Source: Buchnera aphidicola (Therioaphis trifolii)
GTDB taxonomy: Bacteria; Pseudomonadota; Gammaproteobacteria; Enterobacterales; Enterobacteriaceae
Direction of reading: 5' to 3'
DNA: 32,000 nt
Assembly: GCF_005080705.1 (NCBI RefSeq)
Contig: NZ_CP032996.1
Location: 150,001 to 182,000, forward strand
This document shows, one piece after another, positions 10,265 through 20,346 of the stretch. The notes under the pieces are model-generated. The model was given only the letters and a program-made list of their open reading frames with translations. It searched no databases and was not told the DNA's origin. The position numbers were made by a program, and so were the translations under genes. How positions within the stretch are numbered: position 1 is the stretch's first letter; each line of letters starts with the position of its first letter.

Positions 10265-11473
10265 GTGGATACTGAAATTAAAATTCCAGATATTGGTATA
10301 GATCATGCTGAAATAGTAGATATTTTAGTCAGCGTTAATGATATCATTAAAAAAGAACAAAGTGTGATTGTTATAGAAGGTGAAAAAGCTTCTATGGAGA
10401 TTCCGTCTCCTTATGAAGGTAAAATAAAAGAAATTAAAGTAAAGGTTTCTGATATTGTACAAAAAGATTCTGTTATTATGATAATAGAAAATATTAATAA
10501 TTCTATTATTAATCAAGATGCATCTAATTGTGTCGTTAATGAATCTTTAGAATTAAATAATACTAATTATATAATACATGCTTCACCTTTAATTAGAAGA
10601 TTATCACGTTCTTTAAATATTGATTTGAAGAATATTTCTGGAAGTGGTAGAAAAAATCGAATTATTAAACAAGATATTGATAAATATATTAAAAATATTA
10701 GTAAAAATAATATTTCAAGTACATTTAATAATAATAATAATAATATTTCAAAAAATTTTGATTTTAGTAAATTTGGTTCAGTTGAAATAATTAAATTAAA
10801 TAAAATAAAAAAAATATCTGGAAAATTATTATCAAAAAATTGGACTACTATTCCTCATGTTACACAATTTGATGAAGTAGATATTACCGATTTAGAAAAC
10901 TTTAGAATTAAATATAATAAAACTATAAATCATAAAAAAAATAATAAATTAACATTATTAACTTTTATTATTAAAGCAGTTTCTAAAGGATTAGAAAAAT
11001 TTCCTTACTTCAATAGTTCGATTTCTATAGAAGATGAGATAATTTTTTTAAAAAAATATATTAATATTGGTATAGCAGTTAATACTATTCATGGATTACT
11101 TGTTCCTGTTATAAAACATGTTAATAAAAAAACATTATCTGATATTGCTATTGAAATATTAGAAAAATCTAATCAAGCCCGTAAAGGTGAATTAAAAATA
11201 TCTGATTTACAAGGAGGGTGTTTTACTATTTCTAGTTTAGGTGGTATTGGAGGTATAAATTTTACTCCAATTATTAATTCTTCTGAAGCAGCAATTTTAG
11301 GAGTTTCTAAATTTACTTATAAGCCAGTTTGGAATGGAACATCATTTATACCAAAATTAATTTTACCGCTTTCTTTATCTTATGATCATCGTATTATTGA
11401 TGGCGTAGAAGGTGCACAATTTATTACATTTATTAATACATTATTATCTGATATTAGATTATTATTAATATAA
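10265..11473 (+). CDS. aceF: Pyruvate dehydrogenase E2 dihydrolipoamide acetyltransferase, single lipoyl domain form
   Basis: A 402-aa ORF with a GTG start preceded by AAGAGGT (10250-10256). It has one lipoyl domain (EGEKASMEIP), a subunit-binding domain (HASPLIRRLSRSLNIDL..GSGRKNRI) and a catalytic domain with the SYDHRIIDG motif. Confidence 0.93.
   Translation: MDTEIKIPDIGIDHAEIVDILVSVNDIIKKEQSVIVIEGEKASMEIPSPYEGKIKEIKVKVSDIVQKDSVIMIIENINNSIINQDASNCVVNESLELNNTNYIIHASPLIRRLSRSLNIDLKNISGSGRKNRIIKQDIDKYIKNISKNNISSTFNNNNNNISKNFDFSKFGSVEIIKLNKIKKISGKLLSKNWTTIPHVTQFDEVDITDLENFRIKYNKTINHKKNNKLTLLTFIIKAVSKGLEKFPYFNSSISIEDEIIFLKKYINIGIAVNTIHGLLVPVIKHVNKKTLSDIAIEILEKSNQARKGELKISDLQGGCFTISSLGGIGGINFTPIINSSEAAILGVSKFTYKPVWNGTSFIPKLILPLSLSYDHRIIDGVEGAQFITFINTLLSDIRLLLI
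10727..10744 (+). repeat. (AAT)6 trinucleotide repeat encoding Asn6 in the AceF inter-domain linker
   Basis: Six tandem AAT codons read directly from the sequence; the protein reads STFNNNNNNISK. Confidence 0.9.
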
Positions 11474-11567
11474 TTTTTTTAAATTTTTTTAATAATTTAA
11501 TATTTAATTTTATAATTATATTTATATTAATATAATATATTTTATTATTTTATTTTTAAGGGTGAAA

Positions 11568-12980
11568 ATGATTCGAGATATTCATATTCAAGTATTAGTT
11601 CTTGGATCCGGTCCTGCAGGATATTCAGCAGCTTTTCGTAGTGCTGATTTAGGATTAAGTACAATTTTAGTTGAAAAATATAATCAATTAGGTGGTGTTT
11701 GTTTAAATGTTGGTTGTATTCCATCAAAATTTTTATTACATATTGCTAAAGTAATTAAAGAATCACAAGAAATATCTAAACAAGGTGTTGTTTTTAGTGA
11801 TCCAAAAATTGATTTTAATTTAATAAAAAAAAATAAAGATAAAATAATTAATACTTTATCTAATGGATTAAAATCACTATCAAAAATGAGAAAAGTAGAT
11901 ATTATAAATGGAATAGGTACTTTTATAGATTCAAAAACAGTATTAGTAAAAAATAATAAAGAAAATATACATATTCATTTTCAAGATGTAATTATTGCTA
12001 CTGGATCTAAACCTATTACATTACCTAATATACCTAATGATTCTAATTATATTTGGAATTCCACTCAAGCATTATCTCTTAATACTATTCCAAAAAAATT
12101 ATTAATCATTGGGTCAGGAATTATTGGTTTAGAAATGGCTACTTTTTATAGTGCAATTGGTTCAAAAGTTGATGTTATTGATCGGTGTGATCAAGTTTTA
12201 CCATTTTTAGATCAAGATATTATTAAAATATTTTTAAAAGAAATAAAAAATAATTTTAATATTTTATTAGGAACTAATATTGATAATATCTTTGTAAAAG
12301 ATAATCAAGTTTTTGTTACTTTATCTAATAAAATTAATAAAGAAAAAAAAATATATGATGCTATATTAATAGCAGTTGGAAGAATTCCAAATATAAAAGA
12401 ATTATCATTAGATAAGATTGGAGTTATCGTTGATAAAAATAACTTTATTATAGTAGATGATCAATTTAAAACTAACATTCCTAATATTTATGCTATTGGT
12501 GATGTTATTGGTCAACCAATGCTAGCTCATAAAGGAATCCATCAAGGTCATATTGTTTCAGAAGTTATTTCTGGTTATAAACATTATTTTGATCCTATTG
12601 CAATCCCATCAGTAGCTTATACTGATCCTGAAATTGCATGGGTAGGTATACATGAAAATGAAGCAATTAAAAGAAATATAAATTATGAAGTTGCAACATT
12701 TCCCTGGAATGCTTCTGGACGTGCAATTGTTTCAAATTGTTCAAATGGTATAACTAAATTAATTATTAATAAAGATAATCGTAAAGTTATTGGAGGAATA
12801 CTTGTTGGTAGACAAGCAGGTGAATTATTATCTGAAATTACATTAGCTATTGAAATGGGTTGTGATATAGAAGATATTTCATTAACTATTCATCCTCATC
12901 CAACATTATGTGAATCAATTGGTTTAACAGCACAAATTTTACAAGGTACTGTTACAGATTTAATGAATTTAAAAATTTAA
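11568..12980 (+). CDS. lpdA: Dihydrolipoyl dehydrogenase (E3)
   Basis: The ORF reads M(KM)IRDIHIQVLVLGSGPAGYSAAFR...GGVCLNVGCIPSK (redox-active disulfide)...HPHPTL, collinear with E. coli LpdA. I prefer the ATG at 11568 because the AAGGG Shine-Dalgarno sits at 11558-11562. The ORF track starts at the GTG at 11562, which is an alternative. Confidence 0.94.
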   Translation: MIRDIHIQVLVLGSGPAGYSAAFRSADLGLSTILVEKYNQLGGVCLNVGCIPSKFLLHIAKVIKESQEISKQGVVFSDPKIDFNLIKKNKDKIINTLSNGLKSLSKMRKVDIINGIGTFIDSKTVLVKNNKENIHIHFQDVIIATGSKPITLPNIPNDSNYIWNSTQALSLNTIPKKLLIIGSGIIGLEMATFYSAIGSKVDVIDRCDQVLPFLDQDIIKIFLKEIKNNFNILLGTNIDNIFVKDNQVFVTLSNKINKEKKIYDAILIAVGRIPNIKELSLDKIGVIVDKNNFIIVDDQFKTNIPNIYAIGDVIGQPMLAHKGIHQGHIVSEVISGYKHYFDPIAIPSVAYTDPEIAWVGIHENEAIKRNINYEVATFPWNASGRAIVSNCSNGITKLIINKDNRKVIGGILVGRQAGELLSEITLAIEMGCDIEDISLTIHPHPTLCESIGLTAQILQGTVTDLMNLKI

Positions 12981-13015
12981 TTTAATATTTTAATTTGAAA
13001 TAATTATATTATATA

Positions 13016-13055
13016 ATAAAGAATTATTTGTAATTTTATTCAAATAATTCTTTAT
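13016..13055. terminator. Perfect 15-bp inverted repeat hairpin (10-nt loop) between convergent lpdA and erpA; candidate bidirectional terminator
   Basis: ATAAAGAATTATTTG (13016-13030), loop TAATTTTATT, then CAAATAATTCTTTAT (13041-13055), an exact reverse complement. It lies 36 nt after the lpdA stop. The stem is mostly A/T and the downstream T-tract is weak (AATATTTTAT). Confidence 0.4.
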
Positions 13056-13227
13056 AATATTTTATACAATTATTTTATTTTCATATATTCAATTATTTAA
13101 TATAAAATAATAAAATATTATTATATATTTTATTTATTATAATAAATTTAAAATTTTTTAAGTTAAATATATTATTTATATTATTAATAATTTTCATTTT
13201 TAACATTTTATTTTAATATAAATTATA

Positions 13228-13563
13228 TTATATACCAAAAGATGAACCACAACTACATGTTGTTTTTGCATTTGGATTATATACTATAAATTTTGATCCT
13301 GATAATGTTTCTTGATAATCAATTATTCCTCCATTAATATAATGTAAACTAATAGCATCGATAATAATATTAAAATTTTTTTTTATTATGATATCATTTT
13401 TATTAATTTTATTATCTATTTTAAATTGATATTGAAATCCATTACATCCCCCACCAATAATATATATTCGAAATTTTAATGTTTGATTTTTTTTTATTAA
13501 TTTTAAAATTTTATAATTTGCTGATTGAGTAAATTTTATTTTTAAATTTATTGAATTTATCAT
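13228..13563 (-). CDS. erpA: A-type iron-sulfur cluster insertion/carrier protein
   Basis: A 111-aa ORF. The stretch [19 protein letters not shown]...[22 protein letters not shown] matches E. coli ErpA (YadR), including the three Cys ligands (C-x-G...C-x-C). Confidence 0.9.
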   Translation of the reverse strand: MINSINLKIKFTQSANYKILKLIKKNQTLKFRIYIIGGGCNGFQYQFKIDNKINKNDIIIKKNFNIIIDAISLHYINGGIIDYQETLSGSKFIVYNPNAKTTCSCGSSFGI

Positions 13564-13576
13564 ATTTTAAATTTTT

Positions 13577-14725
13577 TCATTTTTTGAGAATATTATTTTT
13601 TCTTAAAAAAGACGGAATATCTAAATAATTTGATTTTATTTTTTTAATTTCTATATTTTTTTGATTATTTTTTTTTATCCCTAAATTGAAATTTTGATAT
13701 CGATAGTCTGTTGATTTTTTTTCTTTATTAGAAATATTTTTATTTGAAAAAATATTATTTTTATTTTGATTTTCTGATCCAATACCAGTAGCAACTACTG
13801 TAACTCGTAATGAATCATTCATATCAGGATCAAGAGATGTTCCAATAACTACAGTCGCATTATCTGATGAAAATGATCTTACAGTATTACCTACAGTTTC
13901 AAATTCATCTAATCTTAAATCTATTCCAGCTGTAATATTAACTAAAACTCCTCTTGCTCCTGATAAATCAATATCTTCTAATAATGGGCTAGAAATAGCA
14001 ATTTCTGATGCTTCTTCTGCTCTATTATCTCCAGAAGATAATCCTGTTCCCATCATTGCATAACCCATTTCAGACATTACTGTTCTAACATCAGCAAAAT
14101 CTACATTCATTAATCCAGGTTTAGTAATTAATTCTGCAATTCCCTGAACAGCACCTCTAAGTACATTATTTGCTGCACTAAATGCATCTAAAAGAGAAAT
14201 ACCTCGATTTAATACTTTTAATAATTTATCATTTGGTATTATAATAAGAGAATCAACATATTTAGATAATTCTAGAATACCTTGATCAGCAAATATCATT
14301 CTTTTTTTTCCTTCAAAAATAAATGGTTTAGTAATTACAGCTACTGTTAAGATACCCATTTCTTTTGCAATAGATGCAACTACTGGAGCAGCTCCAGTTC
14401 CAGTTCCTCCCCCCATTCCAGCAGCTATAAATACCATATCTGCTCCTTCTAATGCAGCATTAATTGTTTCACGATCTTCTTCTGCAGCATGTTTACCAAT
14501 TTCTGGATTTGATCCAGCTCCTAAACCTTTTGTAATATTACTTCCAATTTGAATTGTTTGCCCTACTTCAATTTTTTTTAATGCTTGAGCATCAGTATTT
14601 ATTGCAAAAAATTCTACTCCTTCTATTTTTTCTCTTACCATATGTTCTACAGCATTTCCACCTCCACCTCCAATTCCTAATACTTTAATTATTGCATCAT
14701 TACTTAATTCAATGGGTTCAAACAT
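13577..14725 (-). CDS. ftsZ: Cell division tubulin homologue FtsZ
   Basis: A 382-aa ORF with the tubulin signature [10 protein letters not shown], an N-terminal [12 protein letters not shown]-like motif, and the C-terminal conserved peptide DIPSFLRK retained. Confidence 0.97.
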   Translation of the reverse strand: MFEPIELSNDAIIKVLGIGGGGGNAVEHMVREKIEGVEFFAINTDAQALKKIEVGQTIQIGSNITKGLGAGSNPEIGKHAAEEDRETINAALEGADMVFIAAGMGGGTGTGAAPVVASIAKEMGILTVAVITKPFIFEGKKRMIFADQGILELSKYVDSLIIIPNDKLLKVLNRGISLLDAFSAANNVLRGAVQGIAELITKPGLMNVDFADVRTVMSEMGYAMMGTGLSSGDNRAEEASEIAISSPLLEDIDLSGARGVLVNITAGIDLRLDEFETVGNTVRSFSSDNATVVIGTSLDPDMNDSLRVTVVATGIGSENQNKNNIFSNKNISNKEKKSTDYRYQNFNLGIKKNNQKNIEIKKIKSNYLDIPSFLRKNNILKK

Positions 14726-14729
14726 AAAA

Positions 14730-15989
14730 TTATCCTATTATTTTTTTAATCCAATTTTGAAGATAATAAAACCATTTTTTTAATATTTTTTTTTTATTTA
14801 TATTTTTTTTTTTTTTATAATATATTTCTAATCCGTACTTTAATAATCCTATTACTGTTGAATAACTAGGATCAATAATATGATCATTGTATGTTTTAAT
14901 TTGAATTGGATTTGCAATTCGAATTTTCATATTAAAAATTTTTTTTGCAAGAATTTTTAATGATGTTATTTTTGCTCCTCCTCCTGTTAAAACAATTCCT
15001 GATCCAATAATATGCGGTTTTCCTAAATTATGTAATTTTTTTTGTATTTTAAGAATAATATTTTTAATAATATTTAATAGTTCTGAATATCTTGATTCAA
15101 TAACTTCTATTAAAATATTTTTTTGAATTTTTTTTGTACTAATACCATAAAGATTTGATATTTCAATTAATTCTGATGCTGTAAGAGATGAAAATATAAT
15201 TGATCCATATTTTTTTTTAATTATTTCAGCGTTTCGAAAAGATGTATTAAATGCATATGCTATATCATTAGTAACAGTATTACCTGCATATGGTATAACT
15301 TCACTATGTTGAATAGATCCATTAATATATATTACAATATTAATATTTCCACTACCTATATCAATAACACAAACACCAGATTTTTTTTCTTCTATAGTTA
15401 ATATTGCTTTACTTGATGCTAATCCAGAAAATATAATTTTTTTTATTTTAAGATTACATTCTTGAATAGCTTTAATTAAATTTTTTTTTAAAGTATTTTT
15501 ATAAGTAATAAGATGTATATTGACTTGCATTCTATAACCAGATAATCCAATTGGATTTTTTATTCCATGATTTTGATCAATAGAATATTCTTGAGGTATA
15601 ATATGTAATATATTATAATCATGATTTAATTTAATAGATTTTGCTGTATATATAGCATATTTTATATCACTTTCTGTAACTTCATTTTTATTAATGGGTA
15701 CGATACCAATTTCATTTTTACATTTTATATATTGATTTGAAAAAGCTAAATATATTGATTTAATATTACATTCTGCAATAATTTCAGCTTCATGTATAAC
15801 TTGTTTTATACAAGAAATAACAGATTTTAAATTATTTATATTTCCTTTATCTATTCCTTTAGAAGGACATTGTCCTATTCCAATAATATGTATCATATTA
15901 TTAGATAATATTTCTCCTACTAAAACAACTATTTTAGTTGTTCCTATTTCTAAACCAGCAATTAATATTTTATTTTTATTGTTTATCAT
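14730..15989 (-). CDS. ftsA: Cell division protein FtsA (actin-like ATPase)
   Basis: A 419-aa ORF containing [26 protein letters not shown] and [10 protein letters not shown]. It has a C-terminal amphipathic helix ([16 protein letters not shown]), collinear with E. coli FtsA, and ends 4 bp before the ftsZ start. Confidence 0.95.
   Translation of the reverse strand: MINNKNKILIAGLEIGTTKIVVLVGEILSNNMIHIIGIGQCPSKGIDKGNINNLKSVISCIKQVIHEAEIIAECNIKSIYLAFSNQYIKCKNEIGIVPINKNEVTESDIKYAIYTAKSIKLNHDYNILHIIPQEYSIDQNHGIKNPIGLSGYRMQVNIHLITYKNTLKKNLIKAIQECNLKIKKIIFSGLASSKAILTIEEKKSGVCVIDIGSGNINIVIYINGSIQHSEVIPYAGNTVTNDIAYAFNTSFRNAEIIKKKYGSIIFSSLTASELIEISNLYGISTKKIQKNILIEVIESRYSELLNIIKNIILKIQKKLHNLGKPHIIGSGIVLTGGGAKITSLKILAKKIFNMKIRIANPIQIKTYNDHIIDPSYSTVIGLLKYGLEIYYKKKKNINKKKILKKWFYYLQNWIKKIIG
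14803..14816 (-). repeat. 14-nt homopolymer (T14 on + strand, A14 in ftsA mRNA), in frame
   Basis: Direct count. It encodes the KKKKN stretch near the FtsA C-terminus. Confidence 0.9.
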
Positions 15990-16130
15990 GATATCTTTAA
16001 CCTATTTATAATGTAAAATATGTAATATATTTCATATTAATAATATTATTTATAATATTAATATTAAAATATTTTTAAATATATTAATTATATTAATAAT
16101 AAAATTTTTTATTTAAAAAAATATTTTATT

Positions 16131-17075
16131 TTATTTTTTAATATTTTGTGATTTAAATGTAGCTGTTCTTAAAATAGCACTTCTAGATTTAATATTTTTT
16201 TTAATTTCTTTTAAGCTTGGAAAGATTCTATGAATATTTTTAAATTTTATATTATACATTTTTTTAATTTGGTTTTCTGATATAGGTAATCCAACTGGAA
16301 TATTAGGTATTTTATTATATTTATTAATAAATCTTTTAACTATACGATCTTCTAAAGAATGAAAACTAATAATTGATATTTTACCTTTATGATTTAAGAA
16401 ATTTAATGATTTTTTTAAAAATATATTTAATTCATCTAATTCTTTATTAATAAAAATACGAATTGCTTGAAAACTTTTAGTTGCTGGGTGTTTATTTTTT
16501 CTTGGTACTATAGATTCAATAATTTGTGATAATTCTTTTGTTGTAGATATTAATTTTTTTTTTTTAATTATAGAAATTTTATGAGCAATTTTTTTTGCAA
16601 ATCTTTCTTCTCCAAAATTTTTTAAAACATAATAAATATCTTTTGTATTACTGGAATTAATCCATTTAAATGCTGAGATTTTATCATTTGGATTCATACG
16701 CATATCTAATGGACCATCTAAATAAAAAGAAAAACCCCTTTTTTTAGACATAATTTGTAGTGATGAAATTCCTAAATCCAATATCATTCCATCAATTTTA
16801 TTTTTTAAATTATATTTTTTTAATAATATATCTATATTAGAAAAATTTCCATGAATGATATAAAATCTAGGATCTGATATTTTTTTACCTATTTCAATGG
16901 ATTGAGGATCTCTATCAATTGCATATAATTTTCCATGTTTTCCTAATTTTTTTAAAATTTCTTTAGAATGTCCCCCGCATCCAAATGTTCCATCAAAATA
17001 TATACCATTTTTTTTTATTTTTAAAGAATTTATTGATTCATTTAATAAAACTGTTTCATGTATTTTTTTATTCAT
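16131..17075 (-). CDS. rsmH: 16S rRNA (cytosine1402-N4)-methyltransferase
   Basis: A 314-aa ORF. The stretch HETVLLNESI..YFDGTFGCGGHS...DLGISS...ISFHSLEDRIVK is the typical RsmH/MraW motif set. Confidence 0.93.
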   Translation of the reverse strand: MNKKIHETVLLNESINSLKIKKNGIYFDGTFGCGGHSKEILKKLGKHGKLYAIDRDPQSIEIGKKISDPRFYIIHGNFSNIDILLKKYNLKNKIDGMILDLGISSLQIMSKKRGFSFYLDGPLDMRMNPNDKISAFKWINSSNTKDIYYVLKNFGEERFAKKIAHKISIIKKKKLISTTKELSQIIESIVPRKNKHPATKSFQAIRIFINKELDELNIFLKKSLNFLNHKGKISIISFHSLEDRIVKRFINKYNKIPNIPVGLPISENQIKKMYNIKFKNIHRIFPSLKEIKKNIKSRSAILRTATFKSQNIKK

Positions 17076-17116
17076 AATACTATTATCTTATAAATTATAA
17101 ATATATTATTTAAAAA

Positions 17117-17605
17117 TTAAAATTTTGTTGATTCTTTTATTATTCCAATTATTCCTGATCTTGATATTTCAATAATTTTAGATATTTTTTTAATAATATT
17201 TAAAAAATTATTAATTTTTTTACTAGAACCAATAATTTCAATTATATATATATTAGATGTTATATCTATAATTTTTGAATTAAAAACATCAATTATAAGT
17301 TTTAATTGTTTAGATATATATCCTGAATTTTTTATTTTAATTAATGCAATTTCTCTTTCTATATAATTATTTTGATTAATTTGAATAACTTTTAATACAT
17401 TAATTAATTTATGCAATTGTTTTTCAATTTGTTCAATTGTTTTTTTATCTCCATTAGTTTGTATTGTCATACTAGAAAGTGTTGTATCTTCTGTTGGAGA
17501 TACCGTAATACTTTCTATATTATATCCTCGTTGTGAAAATAATCCTATTACTCTTGATAAAGAACCTGGTTCATTTTCTAATAGTATTAATAATATATGT
17601 TTCAT
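17117..17605 (-). CDS. ilvH: Acetolactate synthase III small (regulatory) subunit
   Basis: A 162-aa ORF. The stretch [28 protein letters not shown] is the ACT domain of IlvH. The gene starts 1 nt after the ilvI stop. Confidence 0.93.
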   Translation of the reverse strand: MKHILLILLENEPGSLSRVIGLFSQRGYNIESITVSPTEDTTLSSMTIQTNGDKKTIEQIEKQLHKLINVLKVIQINQNNYIEREIALIKIKNSGYISKQLKLIIDVFNSKIIDITSNIYIIEIIGSSKKINNFLNIIKKISKIIEISRSGIIGIIKESTKF

Positions 17606-17606
17606 A

Positions 17607-19331
17607 TTATGTATTTCCTAATTTTCTTAATCTCATTTTATTCATTCCTCCACCTTTTATTTGCATAGGATAGACATTTTCTAAAGGATCAACTATAATA
17701 TCTACAAATACTAAATATCCATATAATAATTTTTTTATAGCTTTTTTTAATTTTTTTTCTACTTCATTATTATTTTTAATAGAAATTCCAATATGTCCAT
17801 ATGATTCGGATAATTTAATAAAATTAGGTAATGATTTCATATATGAATGTGAATGTCTGCCTTTATAAATTATATCCTGCCATTGTTTTACCATTCCTAA
17901 AGCATTATTATTTAAATTTAATATTAATATTGGTAATTTATATTGCACCGCTGTTGATAATTCCTGTATATTCATTTGTATACTTCCATCTCCTGTTATA
18001 CAAATAACAATTTCATTTGGAAATGCTAATTTGACACCTAAAGCTGCTGGTAATCCAAATCCCATTGTTCCTAATCCACCTGAATTAATCCATCTTCTTG
18101 GTTGATTAAATAAATAATATAATGCTGTAAACATTTGGTGCTGTCCAACATCTGAAGTAATATATACTTCTCCTTTTGTTAAATTCCATAAAGTTTCTAT
18201 TACATATTGTGGTTTAATTTTTATATGTTTTTTATTATATTGTAAACTATTGATTTTTCTCCATATTTTTATATTATCCCACCATTTTTTTAAATTATTT
18301 GAAATAATAGTATTTTTTTTTTTATTTAATATTGTGAGTATATTTTTTAGAATTTTTTTTGCATCACCTACAATTGGTACATCTGCTTTTATAGTTTTTG
18401 ATATTGAAGTTGGATCAATATCAATATGTAAAATTTTTGCATTTGGACAATATTTTTTTAAATTATTTGTTGTACGATCATCAAAACGTACTCCAATAGC
18501 AAAAATTACATCAGAATGATGCATAGCCATATTTGCTTCATAAGTTCCATGCATACCTAACATATGTAAATTTTGAGGATGTTTTCCTGGAAATGCACCT
18601 AATGCCATTAAAGAAGTAGTTACTGGAATATTTAAAATTTCTGCTATTTTAGTTATTTCTTTAGTACTATTAGAAGAAATTATACCTCCACCTATATAAA
18701 TAATTGGTTTTTTTGCATTCATTAAAATTTGTATTATTTTTTTAATTTGTCCTTTATGTCCTTTTACAGTAGGATTATAAGCTCTAATATAAATATTTTT
18801 AGGCCAATGATATATTTTTTTATTATTTTGATTTAAAATATTTTTTGGTAAATCTATTACAATTGGTCCTGGTCGGCCTGTAGAAGCTAACCAAAATGAT
18901 TTTTTAAATATTATTGGAATATCTTCAGTTTTTTGAACTAAAAAACTATGTTTAACAATAGGTCTAGAAATTCCTAACATATCACATTCTTGGAATGCAT
19001 CATATCCAATTAATGACGCATCTACTTGTCCAGAAATAATTACCATAGGAATAGAATCCATATAAGCTGTTGCAATTCCTGTAATAGCATTTGTTGCTCC
19101 TGGTCCAGATGTAACTAAAACAACTCCTATTTTTCCTGTTGCTCTAGCATATCCATCTGCCATATGCGTAGCACCTTGTTCATGTCGTACTAATATATGT
19201 TTAATGAATTTATTATCTTTTAATGCATCATAAATATCTAAAACAGCTCCTCCAGGATAACCAAAAATATATTCTATTCCTTGATCAATTAATGAATGAA
19301 TGACCATTTCTGATCCTGATAATAATTTCAT
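17607..19331 (-). CDS. ilvI: Acetolactate synthase III large (catalytic) subunit
   Basis: A 574-aa ORF, the same length as E. coli IlvI. It begins [37 protein letters not shown] and contains the ThDP motif [12 protein letters not shown]. An AAGGAAA Shine-Dalgarno lies upstream. Confidence 0.96.
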   Translation of the reverse strand: MKLLSGSEMVIHSLIDQGIEYIFGYPGGAVLDIYDALKDNKFIKHILVRHEQGATHMADGYARATGKIGVVLVTSGPGATNAITGIATAYMDSIPMVIISGQVDASLIGYDAFQECDMLGISRPIVKHSFLVQKTEDIPIIFKKSFWLASTGRPGPIVIDLPKNILNQNNKKIYHWPKNIYIRAYNPTVKGHKGQIKKIIQILMNAKKPIIYIGGGIISSNSTKEITKIAEILNIPVTTSLMALGAFPGKHPQNLHMLGMHGTYEANMAMHHSDVIFAIGVRFDDRTTNNLKKYCPNAKILHIDIDPTSISKTIKADVPIVGDAKKILKNILTILNKKKNTIISNNLKKWWDNIKIWRKINSLQYNKKHIKIKPQYVIETLWNLTKGEVYITSDVGQHQMFTALYYLFNQPRRWINSGGLGTMGFGLPAALGVKLAFPNEIVICITGDGSIQMNIQELSTAVQYKLPILILNLNNNALGMVKQWQDIIYKGRHSHSYMKSLPNFIKLSESYGHIGISIKNNNEVEKKLKKAIKKLLYGYLVFVDIIVDPLENVYPMQIKGGGMNKMRLRKLGNT

Positions 19332-19418
19332 TATTTTTCCTTAATTTTTATAAATAAATATTCTTTTATTTTAAATATATTATATTAATAATTATCTTAA
19401 TATAATCTGTATAATATG

Positions 19419-19458
19419 TTCAGATCCATATTTTTTTTGGATCTGAATTCTTTTTTTT
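19419..19458 (+). terminator. G/C-containing 10-bp hairpin plus T-run, canonical intrinsic-terminator architecture on the + strand, although both flanking genes are on the - strand
   Basis: TTCAGATCCA (19419-19428), 9-nt loop TATTTTTTT, TGGATCTGAA (19438-19447), then TTCTTTTTTTT (19448-19458). It lies 14 nt from the dapD stop codon (19462-19464, - strand). In the - orientation it has an upstream A-run but no downstream U-run. Confidence 0.5.
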
Positions 19459-19461
19459 AAA

Positions 19462-20286
19462 TTATTTAATATCGCGTAATAATTGATTGATTCCTACTTT
19501 TTTTAATGTTTTTTCATCTACTTTTTTTACAATTACTGCACAATATAAATTATATTTTTTATTTTTTGATGGTAAAGTTCCAGAAACAACAACTGAACCA
19601 GATGGAATTCTTCCATAAGTAATTTCATCGGTTTCTCTATTATAAATTTTTGTACTTTGTCCAATGTATACACCCATAGAAATTACTGATCCTTTTTCTA
19701 TAATTACCCCTTCTACAATTTCTGATCTTGCTCCAATAAAACAATTATCTTCAATAATAGTTGGATTATTTTGTATTGGTTCTAATACTCCTCCTATTCC
19801 AACTCCTCCAGAGATATGAACATTTTTTCCAATATGTGCACATGAACCAATAGTAGCCCATGTATCAATCATAGTATTTTCATCAATATATGCTCCAATA
19901 TTGACATAACAAGGCATTAATACACTGTTTTTGCCAATAAAAGATCCTTTTCTTATTGTTGCTGGAGGTACAATTCGAATATTATTTTTTTTTATTTTAT
20001 CTTTTTGAATATTTTTATATTTTAAATCAATTTTATCATAAAAATTATTTTTTATTCCAGGAATAATTTTATTTTTTTTAATACAAAAATATAATAAAAT
20101 AGCTTTTTTTAACCATTGATTTGTGATCCAATTATTGGATATTTTTTCTGATATTTTTAGTATTCCGCAATCAAGTAAATGAATTGTTTCTTCTATTGCA
20201 TTGTAAATATTAATATCAATATTTTTATTATTTATTTTATCTTTTATTTTAAATGTTTCATTAATAATATTTTTTAATTTTTCCAT
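19462..20286 (-). CDS. dapD: Tetrahydrodipicolinate N-succinyltransferase (lysine/DAP pathway)
   Basis: A 274-aa ORF, the same length as E. coli DapD. It carries hexapeptide-repeat blocks [47 protein letters not shown] and ends ...[13 protein letters not shown]. Confidence 0.95.
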   Translation of the reverse strand: MEKLKNIINETFKIKDKINNKNIDINIYNAIEETIHLLDCGILKISEKISNNWITNQWLKKAILLYFCIKKNKIIPGIKNNFYDKIDLKYKNIQKDKIKKNNIRIVPPATIRKGSFIGKNSVLMPCYVNIGAYIDENTMIDTWATIGSCAHIGKNVHISGGVGIGGVLEPIQNNPTIIEDNCFIGARSEIVEGVIIEKGSVISMGVYIGQSTKIYNRETDEITYGRIPSGSVVVSGTLPSKNKKYNLYCAVIVKKVDEKTLKKVGINQLLRDIK

Positions 20287-20346
20287 AAATATTAATTTTT
20301 TCCTATTAAATTATTTATTTAAATATAAATAATAAATTTTTATTAT

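Noticed and set aside
13790-14700. Visibly higher G+C in ftsZ than in its neighbours, considered as a possible foreign island
   Set aside because: The extra G/C tracks Gly/Ala-rich, highly conserved FtsZ motifs, so it reflects protein constraint. Synteny with ftsA is native, and nothing suggests horizontal transfer.
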